Shown: positions 27,560 to 35,251 of the stretch, piece by piece
How positions within the stretch are numbered: the stretch's first letter is position 1
Layout of the letters: every line of letters begins with the position of its first letter
Assembly: GCA_964466625.1 (NCBI GenBank)
Contig: CAYXQF010000003.1
Coordinates: 1 to 51,915 of the forward strand
Direction of reading: 5' to 3'
Length of the DNA stretch: 51,915 bases
DNA from: an uncultured Lachnospiraceae bacterium
Lineage (GTDB): Bacteria; Bacillota; Clostridia; Oscillospirales; CAG-272
Position numbers and translations under genes: made by a program
Notes under the pieces: model-generated
The model's database searches: none
Told to the model about the DNA's origin: nothing
The model's input: only the letters and a program-made list of their open reading frames with translations

Positions 27560-28696
27560 TTATAATTCGTCTTTCTCCGGAATTTCTCTTATGGGAGCGG
27601 TCATCGTTTTTTGCGAGGATCCTTTGTTCACAGAACCGCGTTCCTGACGTTCGGTCGGAATCTGTCGGCTGAGGTCCAGATGCTTTTTGATGGCGGCTTG
27701 CGCGTCTTCATAATCGCGAGCTTCCTGCGTTTGCTGTGCTTTCACAAGGGTATCCAGAATTTGCTTTTGGATAGCTTGCGCGTCTTCATAATCGCGGGCT
27801 CCTTGCGTTTGCAGCGCTTTCACAAGGGTATCCAGATTTTGCTTTTGGATAGCTTGCGCGTCTTCATAATCGCGGGCGCCTTGCGTTTGCAACGCTTTCA
27901 CAAGGGTATCCAGATTTTGCTTTTGGATAGCTTGTGCGTCTTCATAATCGCGGCTTTCCTGCGTTAGCGGTGTTTTCGCGAGGGTATCCAGATGTTGCTG
28001 ACGCTCGTAGCTTTCCGCAAAGCGCTCCATCTCTTCAACCCAAGCGCCGCCTTTGATAAGAGAACCATTCGCTTTGGCGTCGTAATACTGATTGATCTTT
28101 TCGGTGTATTTCGTACCCTGCTCTTTTTGTTCTCTACAGAATTTAGCGTAGTTTTCTTTTTCGGCAGCTTCGAATTTTTTCATTTCGCTTCTTCTGTGCG
28201 CCCAGCGCTTAAAGGGATTGCGGCTATAAGATTTATCCGCTTTCAACTCCTGTTTTTTATTACGCAGATCGACTTCCATTTTTGTTTTGGCGTCTTTGAT
28301 CGCATCTTCTCTTCCTGCATTTTCCGCCTCCATGGCTTCCACGATCGGCGCCATGCGGTTCAGTACGGTGAGCGGTCTATTGAATTCGCGCGCCGATCTT
28401 TCCGGATCCACGAGTTTGATACCTCCCTCAAATGCATCCAAACAGGTGAGGATCAGATCTTCATTAAAGAACATCAAACTCTCAAGCCCAAGTTCCGAGG
28501 CAACTTTCGCGCCATCATAGTATATCATCGCGTTGACCGCGATCCCATACGATGCAGGGAGTTTTTTGATCCTATCTATAAAATCCGCATACTTAATGGG
28601 CTCGTTTTCTTTCATTTGCTTAAATAGAGGCAAGGAATCTAATTTTTCTTGATCAAAACGATCACCGATGATGTTGGGATCATATGTTTTCGTCAT
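27560..28696 (-). CDS. hypothetical signal-less protein with four 26-aa tandem repeats (satellite cassette 1)
   Basis: ATG 28696 lies 8 nt after AAGGAG. The C-terminal half contains (A/S)RDYEDAQAIQKQNLDTLVKALQTQG about 4 times. Has its own repeat-bearing promoter. Confidence 0.75.
   Translation of the reverse strand: MTKTYDPNIIGDRFDQEKLDSLPLFKQMKENEPIKYADFIDRIKKLPASYGIAVNAMIYYDGAKVASELGLESLMFFNEDLILTCLDAFEGGIKLVDPERSAREFNRPLTVLNRMAPIVEAMEAENAGREDAIKDAKTKMEVDLRNKKQELKADKSYSRNPFKRWAHRRSEMKKFEAAEKENYAKFCREQKEQGTKYTEKINQYYDAKANGSLIKGGAWVEEMERFAESYERQQHLDTLAKTPLTQESRDYEDAQAIQKQNLDTLVKALQTQGARDYEDAQAIQKQNLDTLVKALQTQGARDYEDAQAIQKQILDTLVKAQQTQEARDYEDAQAAIKKHLDLSRQIPTERQERGSVNKGSSQKTMTAPIREIPEKDEL
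27697..28008 (-). repeat. 78-bp in-frame tandem repeat, about 4 copies
   Basis: Unit starts at 27697, 27775, 27853 and 27931 (cttg[c/t]gcgtcttcataatcgcg...). The first three copies are near-identical; the fourth decays in its second half. Confidence 0.9.
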
Positions 28697-28736
28697 AGCA
28701 AAATTCTCCTTTAAGATCATTTCTTCTTACGCTTTT

Positions 28737-28798
28737 ATTTTAGCAAAAAAAACGTCAAATGACAAGTAGTCAAAGCCTTTCTTCACACTTCTTCACAA
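28737..28798 (-). promoter_or_regulatory. promoter with tandem TGTGAAGAA direct repeats (cassette 1)
   Basis: Minus strand: TTGTGAAGAAGTGTGAAGAA (28798-28779), 13 nt, TTGTCA (28765-28760), 17 nt, TAAAAT (28742-28737). Confidence 0.8.
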
Positions 28799-28813
28799 AT
28801 GGGAACAAATGCA

Positions 28814-28850
28814 AAAAAGAGCGATCACGACATGCGTGATCACTCTTTTT
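28814..28850 (-). terminator. rho-independent terminator after cassette 2
   Basis: aaaaagagcgatcacg-acat-gcgtgatcactcttttt, with one mismatch. Confidence 0.7.
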
Positions 28851-28860
28851 GACCGTATTT

Positions 28861-29877
28861 TTAATCCAAAATGTTTTTGTTTTTTTCATTTTGCACCGTG
28901 CGCACGGGAGCATCCTTTTCGCACGTTCTGTTCTTGTTTTTTCCGTGATTTGTGATATGCGCGCTCAGATCGAGTTGTCTTCCCGCAGGCTGTATCTCGG
29001 TGCGGTTCGCCTCTCTCCTCGCCTCATGACACATGCGAAAATCTCCGGAACCGATCTGTATGCGGCGATTATTCGCCACGTCGGGATAAGGATTCCCCAT
29101 CTTTTTTAAGCGTTTTTCATAGTCCTTCTGCATGGTGTCGCGAATCTTGTCAGCCTTTTTGTTGAGATCCTTTTGCGCTTTGTCTGCTTTTTTGAGCGCT
29201 TTTTGATCCGCTTTTGTGAATGCTCTCGGATCGTTCGCTCTCTTTTGGCGAAGAATCTTGCTTTGATGCTTGGCGTCGTAAAGATCCAGTCTTACTTTAT
29301 CCAGTTTCTCATTCTCTTTTTCCCAAAGCGCGGATTCCTTTTCGAGATACTCTGCCTTCGCGGCATCTTTCTCGCGCAAATCTTTGATATATGCCGCAAA
29401 AGCTTCCTTATCTGCGCGTTTGTTTTTCAGATAATTCATTTTATCGTAGTCAACGTTTTCAGAGTGGATCTCTTCCGTGTCGCGCTGAATTTCAGCGTCC
29501 AAGCGATACGCCATCGCGCCTTCCACATCTTTTACGGGATACCGGTCTTCGATCAAGTGATAGAACAAGTGCATATCGCGAATTTGATCATCGCTTGCCA
29601 TTCGATTCAGAGCATTCCCTATGTTTTCGCTCACGTCCAGATATTCTGACGGTTGTTTTTTCTCTTCCTTCGGTGCAAGAAGCGCGTTGGAAAGCATCTC
29701 AAAGTATACGCCGGGAACTTCTACCAAGTAACTCTGGAGTGTCTCTCTTTCTGATTTTATGTAATCCGTTCTCTTACTATTATGTGGATCGATCAATTTG
29801 ATATACCAGTTCGTGATCAGCGCGATCTCGCTCTCTGTCAATTTCTGGTCTATAACATCATTCATGGTTCTGGGCAT
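28861..29877 (-). CDS. hypothetical signal-less coiled-coil protein with GNPYP module (satellite cassette 2)
   Basis: ATG 29877 lies 8 nt after AGGAGGA; the TTG at 29883 is too close to the RBS. Lys/Glu-rich helical protein. C-terminal part reads KIRDTMQKDYEKRLKKMGNPYPDVANNRRIQIGSGDF. Confidence 0.75.
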   Translation of the reverse strand: MPRTMNDVIDQKLTESEIALITNWYIKLIDPHNSKRTDYIKSERETLQSYLVEVPGVYFEMLSNALLAPKEEKKQPSEYLDVSENIGNALNRMASDDQIRDMHLFYHLIEDRYPVKDVEGAMAYRLDAEIQRDTEEIHSENVDYDKMNYLKNKRADKEAFAAYIKDLREKDAAKAEYLEKESALWEKENEKLDKVRLDLYDAKHQSKILRQKRANDPRAFTKADQKALKKADKAQKDLNKKADKIRDTMQKDYEKRLKKMGNPYPDVANNRRIQIGSGDFRMCHEARREANRTEIQPAGRQLDLSAHITNHGKNKNRTCEKDAPVRTVQNEKNKNILD

Positions 29878-29987
29878 CTTCAAATCCTCCTATCATTCAT
29901 TCTGTTCATACGATGGGATCTCTATATCCCTCATCTCTAATCTCAGCATATCTGCCACCTCCTGCGGTCATGCTGTTCTTTGTATTC

Positions 29988-30049
29988 ATTGTAGCAAAAA
30001 AAGAGGAAAATGACAAGTACCCTCACCTTTTCTTCACACTTCTTCACAA
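29988..30049 (-). promoter_or_regulatory. promoter with tandem TGTGAAGAA direct repeats (cassette 2)
   Basis: Minus strand: TTGTGAAGAAGTGTGAAGAA (30049-30030), 13 nt, TTGTCA (30016-30011), 17 nt, TACAAT (29993-29988). Followed by a leader of about 100 nt. Confidence 0.8.
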
Positions 30050-30061
30050 ATGAGAAAGCGA

Positions 30062-30094
30062 CAAAAATACCCTTGCGCAAAAATGCGCAAGGGT
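30062..30094 (-). terminator. rho-independent terminator after cassette 3
   Basis: cccttgcgca-aaaa-tgcgcaaggg with a T-run on the minus strand. Confidence 0.75.
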
Positions 30095-30100
30095 GCTTTC

Positions 30101-32461
30101 TCAAAGATCTGCTTCGAGTTCTTCCTGTTGTTTCTGCCGTATCGTTTTTTCTGCCGAAAGCGCCACTTCCCTTTGCGGTGTCGCAAGGGTTTTTTCGGGC
30201 GCTTTGGTGGTGCTGGGGATCGAACCTTCGGGGAAAACGACGGGTGTTCTTTTGATCTCCGTTGCCGCAGGCTTCTTGGTTTCTTCGGGTTTCTTGATTT
30301 CTTCGGGTTTCTTAATTTCTTCGGGCTTCTTGGTTTCTTCCGCCTTCTGAACTTCCGCAGACTTTTGAAGCTCCTCTGTCTTTTCCGCCTGCTTGGTGGG
30401 CGGTGTAGGCAAAGGCTTCGAAGGAGTCTTCTGCTTTTGCTCTTTTGTGGGATTTGTGACGTCTGCACGCACGATGACCTGCTTCGCTTTCTCTGAAAGT
30501 CCCGGCGTTTCACGAAGTGTTTCTTCCTTGGTGGCAAGCGGCATAAAACCGAGCTGTCCCGCGCGGATCTGCTCACAGCGCATCGCCGTATGTTCGGGGA
30601 AAGGGTTACCGATCTCTTTTGTGCGCGCAACCGTATCGCGGATCATCTTCTCGCGAAGTGCCTTCAATGCTTTTCCCTTGTCAAGCGCCACACGGGCAAG
30701 AGCCTTCAGCTGTGCTTTATCTGCTTTGGAAATGGGTGCTTTGGTGGCTTTAGGCGCTTGCGCTGTCGGTGCGCTTTTTTCTTCTTCAGAAAGAGATGCT
30801 TGCGGCGTTTCCGTCTGCTTCAGCGCCTTATACTGTGCATACGCTTCTCGATAAGCGATGCTTGCCGCGCCGAGTTGCTCGTTTTCTTTGGAATAGGATA
30901 GCTCTCTGTCCGTCAAAAAATCGCGTTTGGCATCTTCTTGATGTTGCTTATACTTTTCCGCGCCATAGATCTGCGCGGTTTCGCTTTGCGTAGCAAGCGG
31001 CATGAGTTGTGTTTGACCTGTCGAGATTTGACTGATACGCATCACCGTATGCTCAGGAAAAGGATTTCCTTCATTTCTCAGGCGCACAGCGGTGTCAACG
31101 AGAAGTTCTTTTTGCACTTTTCTGAGCGCTGCCGTCTTTTGAGCGAAATCCTTCTCCGCTTTTTTCAGTTGTTTTTCATCTTTTGCGGAAAAATCACGGC
31201 CCAAAAGCTCTTTCTTTCGCCGCAGATCTTCCAGCTTCTGTCTTGCGGTTTGCTGAGGATCTATTTTTCTGCGAAGCTTTTTATTTTCACTCTCGTAAAT
31301 TTTACGTTTGCCTTTTACAAGATCGAGTTTCGCTTTCTCACGGCGCATTTTCTGCTTTGCTTCCGATTTTTCTTGCTTTTGCTCCTTAGTAGCACCAATG
31401 CGAGGCGTTCTTTGACGTATCTCCTTATATTCTTTTTCCGCGTCCTTTTGTGCTTGTTTTTGACGTGTCAAAAACGTATCGACACCTTTTTCACCGATCG
31501 CTTTATCCTGATGGAATTTTTCACGCGAGGTTCTCAAGGCTTCCGCACGCTGAGCACTTTCGCTTTCGACAATTTGCGGAAGACGCGCCTTATGATACGC
31601 AAGGCTCCGCTCGGAAAGACCTTCTTTCAGCTTGATATTCCCTTCTGCAAGATTAGCAAGAATATTCATGACGCTCTTGGCTTCCTTGGGTGTCAGAGGT
31701 TCTCCCGGTGCTTTTGCGGCAAATCGGAAAAACTTTTCATAAGCGTCATCGGTCATCTCGATGTAATTGCGCGGATCTTCGCGAACACCACCCACGCCGA
31801 TCACGGATTTTTCCAAAAATTCATAATATTCCGCGGGGATTTTTTCATAGGTGTTCACAAAACGCCTGGAAAGATCTGCTTTCTCGTCTGATCCCGAAAA
31901 CGTGATCACCTCTGTTGCAAAAGAATGGAACGTCGGCTGGTCATATCGTTTGCCGATGACGTCAACAATCGCGCGATCATGCAAAAACACTTTTGAGAAT
32001 TCCTCATCGGAAAGGAAATATTTTTGGTCTGCATCTTCTTTGATCGCCTCGTCAGCCTTTTCTTCTTTTGCAGGCGGTGCCATATCCATCACGGGCGGTG
32101 CGACTTCTTCTTTCTCCTCTTTTTCCTCTTCGATCGCTTCTTCACGGCGAATGAGATCGTATTCACCCTCAGCGAGCTTATTCAAAAAGGAAATGATATT
32201 TGTCACATTCCGCTCACCGAGCGTTTTGTCATCTTCGGAAAGAAGCTCCGTATCCACCTGAAAATAGGCAGAAATATCTTCCGTTTTGCCGTCTTTGCCG
32301 ATCAAAATGCCTTCGATCGCTTCCAAATATTTTGTATCAATTTTATGCAATGCTTCTTCCGCAAGCTCACGGATCTCTGTTTCTGTGAAATCATCATTTG
32401 CGAGCTGTCGGAAAAGCAAATCAAATTGTTCTTTGTTATAATTCGTTCCGATTTTTGGCAT
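30101..32461 (-). CDS. hypothetical 786-aa signal-less protein built of duplicated modules (satellite cassette 3)
   Basis: ATG 32461 lies 8 nt after AGGAGG. Two N-terminal copies of a domain of about 100 aa (KIDTKYLEAIEGILIGKDGKTED...NIISFLNKLAEGEYDL versus KIPAEYYEFLEKSVIGVGGVRED...MNILANLAEGNIKL). A long Lys/Glu/Gln coiled coil. Two GNPFPEHT modules. KKPEE[IT] repeats near the C-terminus. Confidence 0.8.
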   Translation of the reverse strand: MPKIGTNYNKEQFDLLFRQLANDDFTETEIRELAEEALHKIDTKYLEAIEGILIGKDGKTEDISAYFQVDTELLSEDDKTLGERNVTNIISFLNKLAEGEYDLIRREEAIEEEKEEKEEVAPPVMDMAPPAKEEKADEAIKEDADQKYFLSDEEFSKVFLHDRAIVDVIGKRYDQPTFHSFATEVITFSGSDEKADLSRRFVNTYEKIPAEYYEFLEKSVIGVGGVREDPRNYIEMTDDAYEKFFRFAAKAPGEPLTPKEAKSVMNILANLAEGNIKLKEGLSERSLAYHKARLPQIVESESAQRAEALRTSREKFHQDKAIGEKGVDTFLTRQKQAQKDAEKEYKEIRQRTPRIGATKEQKQEKSEAKQKMRREKAKLDLVKGKRKIYESENKKLRRKIDPQQTARQKLEDLRRKKELLGRDFSAKDEKQLKKAEKDFAQKTAALRKVQKELLVDTAVRLRNEGNPFPEHTVMRISQISTGQTQLMPLATQSETAQIYGAEKYKQHQEDAKRDFLTDRELSYSKENEQLGAASIAYREAYAQYKALKQTETPQASLSEEEKSAPTAQAPKATKAPISKADKAQLKALARVALDKGKALKALREKMIRDTVARTKEIGNPFPEHTAMRCEQIRAGQLGFMPLATKEETLRETPGLSEKAKQVIVRADVTNPTKEQKQKTPSKPLPTPPTKQAEKTEELQKSAEVQKAEETKKPEEIKKPEEIKKPEETKKPAATEIKRTPVVFPEGSIPSTTKAPEKTLATPQREVALSAEKTIRQKQQEELEADL
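30270..30351 (-). repeat. 18-bp in-frame tandem repeat (KKPEEI/T), about 4 copies
   Basis: tttcttcgggtttcttga / tttcttcgggtttcttaa / tttcttcgggcttcttgg / tttcttccgccttctgaa, starting at 30280. Confidence 0.85.
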
Positions 32462-32497
32462 AAGAAAATCCTCCTTGCACCATACTGTTCTGACTAC

Positions 32498-32559
32498 ATT
32501 ATAACAAAACGGGAGGAAAATCTCAATCCCCTCACCTGATTCTTCACATTTCTTCACAC
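32498..32559 (-). promoter_or_regulatory. promoter with tandem TGTGAAGAA direct repeats (cassette 3)
   Basis: Minus strand: GTGTGAAGAAATGTGAAGAA (32559-32540), 13 nt, TTGAGA (32526-32521), 17 nt, TATAAT (32503-32498). Confidence 0.8.
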
Positions 32560-32561
32560 TT

Positions 32562-32593
32562 AAAAACCGCCGATTTTCATCGACGGTTTTCGG
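32562..32593 (-). terminator. rho-independent terminator ending the T4SS-like operon
   Basis: aaaaccgccgat-tttc-atcgacggtttt, 7 nt after the VirB4-like stop. Confidence 0.75.
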
Positions 32594-32599
32594 AAATCT

Positions 32600-35251
32600 T
32601 TATGGATTTTCGTTTTCAAAAACATCACGGACGTGATCCGATGCGACAACGGAAATGCCAAGTCGGGAAATCGGTCCCGTGATCATAAAGGCACTGCCGC
32701 GATCGTTATTGATGATATCCTGCTGTTCGGTTTCGTTGATCTCGCCCGCCTTTTCATAAAGCGCGCAAAGATCCGCCATATCGTTGGGAGCCAAAGCAAA
32801 GATCATGGAATACTGGCAAGCATTGATGATCGCCGTAGATTTTCTTGCGATCTCGGGGCTGCCCACGAAGTCCTTGATATTCTGCGTGATAACGATCTGC
32901 ATACCGTTGTATTTACGGATACGTTTCGCAAGCTGGAACATAAAGTCCAGCGCAATGGGATATTTCGTATCGATGAAAACGTGTGCTTCATCAATGACGA
33001 TGATGATCTTTCTGTCTGTGCCGTATTTCAAGTTGAAATCACGGTTTTTAATGATCTCATTATCAAGCCATTTCAAAACGAGAAGCATCTGTGCATTGGC
33101 GATGGTGTTATTTTTATTGGCAAGCAAGCTTTGGAAATTGAACACTGCAAAATTTTCCTTGACGGAAAGGCTATTTTCGCCGTTCCAAAGGTTGGCGTTT
33201 CTGCCGTCACCTGCGAATTTTGCAACGTAGTTGTCAAGAATTCGGAGATTCGCAATGTCATATTCCGCTTTTGCTTCCGCCTGACGTTCCTTGATCAGCG
33301 CGTAAAGATCATCAAAGGTAGGATAATCCTTCGGCGCAAGCTTTGTCAGATCCGTATGGCGTGTGATTCCCATTTTATGATAGAGGGAAAGAACGATGTT
33401 ATTGAGATATTCCAAAGCATCGGAAGAAATACCGACAAGGATCTGCTTGAAAAATTCCTCCAGGAACTGCAGATGCACAGAGAAATTGGCATTCACGCCG
33501 TCTGCGGCTTCGTCCGCTTCCAGCGTTGTGATGATATGGAAGGGATTCAGACGTCCTTCCTTTGCGGTGCCGACGTCCAGAACCTTACCGTTCAAGTTGC
33601 GCGCAAGTGTCGTATATTCATTTTCGGGGTCGAGAATAAATATCTTACTATTCTCTGCCGCAAGATGCGTGAGAAGCGTTTTCGTAGCAAAGGATTTGCC
33701 GCTACCCGATTTACCCATGATAACCATATTGGAGTTAACTCTTTCGTTATTTCTTTTGAAAAAGTCTACGATCACAGGGAAACCGTTGGAATGACCGAGC
33801 AGAACGCCCTTGTTATCCATCACATAATTCAAAACGAACGGGAACACTGCCGCGATCGAGCTTGCGTGAATGGAGCGATAATGCTCCGCAAGGCTATCAT
33901 AAGGAGAAGGCATTGCCGCGGCAAACGCGCGAAGCTGTTTTGCGCTGTTTTCACTGGTTTTGAAACCGCCTTCCGCAAGCATACTGCGCACACGCTTGCG
34001 AAGACTTTCTTTGGAATTTGCTTCATCGCCGAAGATCGCGATGTGGATATTAACCTCATAGAGCGTTTCGTTGTCATTTTGAAGCATTGCCAAAAGCTCA
34101 ACGAGTGTATCGATGTGTGTTTGCTGGTCGATGATATCCGATGCCTTGAACGCGCTGAAGTTCTTTGCGAGAAGCTCTTGCAAAGCTTTATCAATGCGGC
34201 GCACCGCTTTGGATTTTTCGATCGGAATGATATTCATCGTTACCTTCGTGCCGGGAATATTAAAGATCTGATAACCCCATGCGTTTTTCACGGAAAGCGG
34301 ATAGTCACGCACGGAATACAGATGGCAGACTTTACCGTCGATATAGGATTTATTCAGACGGAATTCCACCGTTTCCGGCATGATATAATTCATGTATTCA
34401 TCGGGTTCATAATAGTCGATCTCGCGTTCATCGAAATCTTGCGTATAATTATATTTCAAAAAGACCGCAAGCTCTTTATCGTTCAAACGATGACATTCCA
34501 TCGTCTTTTCCGTAAATTTGGTGATCGCGGTATTGAGAATTTCCGAGATCGTAGCGGGATTGGTATCATAAACCACGAAATAATAAGCCGATTTATAAAC
34601 CACGGAATTGGTGTTCAGTTCTTCAAGGATCGCCGCGCGGTCATCAATGATATGCTTTCTCGACGTGGTTTCCTCATAAGCGATACCGCCGGATTCCATC
34701 GTTTTATCAATATCGTACTTTTTATTTTTTTCCTGCACGATATAGTCGTCAAGCATGATCGGTCGATCGATCTTCACAAGAGAGGCACGCGTCTTTCCCG
34801 TCACGCCCTTGATCACGTTGGCAAAGACCTTGTCGATCAATTCGTTTTGCTTATATTCGGAAAGAAGACGGAATTCCTTCGGGGAGATCTCCAAAACCCC
34901 TGCGACGTACTCATCGTATTCGATGAGCCCATCACGGATTCCTTTATAAGGAAAGAGCACGGACATATCGTCCTTGGAATTTCCCGTATTTTTCTTGAAT
35001 TTTTTGTTGCTGACAGAATAAACGAGCCAGCTTCCCATCTGCACGTAAAGCTTTTCTCCATCGACGGGAAGATAAAGACAAACGAAAACACCAAGCACGA
35101 CTGCCATGATGAGATACTGCATTCTGCCGAAATTCGCGAAGAGCAAAAGAAGCTCAATACCGATACCGATCACACCGATGATCAGATCCACTAAGCTGAC
35201 GTTACGGTAAAATTCAACCTTTACCTTTGTTTTCTTTGGTATGATCCTCAT
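32600..35251 (-). CDS. VirB4-family T4SS ATPase with fused N-terminal VirB3/PrgI-like two-TM segment
   Basis: Walker A MGKSGSGKSFATKTLL, Walker B IIIVIDEAHVF. The N-terminal 70 aa hold two hydrophobic helices (LVDLIIGVIGIGIELLLLF, YLIMAVVLGVFVCLYL). The ATG overlaps the upstream TGA (ATGA at 35248-35251). Confidence 0.85.
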   Translation of the reverse strand: MRIIPKKTKVKVEFYRNVSLVDLIIGVIGIGIELLLLFANFGRMQYLIMAVVLGVFVCLYLPVDGEKLYVQMGSWLVYSVSNKKFKKNTGNSKDDMSVLFPYKGIRDGLIEYDEYVAGVLEISPKEFRLLSEYKQNELIDKVFANVIKGVTGKTRASLVKIDRPIMLDDYIVQEKNKKYDIDKTMESGGIAYEETTSRKHIIDDRAAILEELNTNSVVYKSAYYFVVYDTNPATISEILNTAITKFTEKTMECHRLNDKELAVFLKYNYTQDFDEREIDYYEPDEYMNYIMPETVEFRLNKSYIDGKVCHLYSVRDYPLSVKNAWGYQIFNIPGTKVTMNIIPIEKSKAVRRIDKALQELLAKNFSAFKASDIIDQQTHIDTLVELLAMLQNDNETLYEVNIHIAIFGDEANSKESLRKRVRSMLAEGGFKTSENSAKQLRAFAAAMPSPYDSLAEHYRSIHASSIAAVFPFVLNYVMDNKGVLLGHSNGFPVIVDFFKRNNERVNSNMVIMGKSGSGKSFATKTLLTHLAAENSKIFILDPENEYTTLARNLNGKVLDVGTAKEGRLNPFHIITTLEADEAADGVNANFSVHLQFLEEFFKQILVGISSDALEYLNNIVLSLYHKMGITRHTDLTKLAPKDYPTFDDLYALIKERQAEAKAEYDIANLRILDNYVAKFAGDGRNANLWNGENSLSVKENFAVFNFQSLLANKNNTIANAQMLLVLKWLDNEIIKNRDFNLKYGTDRKIIIVIDEAHVFIDTKYPIALDFMFQLAKRIRKYNGMQIVITQNIKDFVGSPEIARKSTAIINACQYSMIFALAPNDMADLCALYEKAGEINETEQQDIINNDRGSAFMITGPISRLGISVVASDHVRDVFENENP

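Noticed and set aside
27697-28008. Regular 78-bp repeats that could be mistaken for a CRISPR-like array
   Set aside because: The units are directly abutting, with no unique spacers. They are in frame within a long ORF and encode a repeated 26-aa peptide. No cas genes are present.
30034-30630. 198-aa Arg/Lys/Ser/Pro-rich minus-strand ORF, and plus-strand ORFs at 30050-30496
   Set aside because: These are alternative frames of the low-complexity KKPEE-repeat region of the 786-aa gene, which has the RBS, promoter and terminator. The composition is an artefact of the repeat.
27560-32461. One of the three cassette proteins being the missing relaxase or primase
   Set aside because: I could not see any HxDxxxHxH/3-His cluster with an N-terminal catalytic Tyr context, a Rep_trans-like motif or a Toprim/primase motif. 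The sequences are dominated by coiled-coil low complexity. This is kept as an open check under the findings rather than a call.
32633-35194. 853-aa plus-strand ORF
   Set aside because: Codon-aligned antisense of the VirB4-like ATPase gene. No motifs and no RBS.
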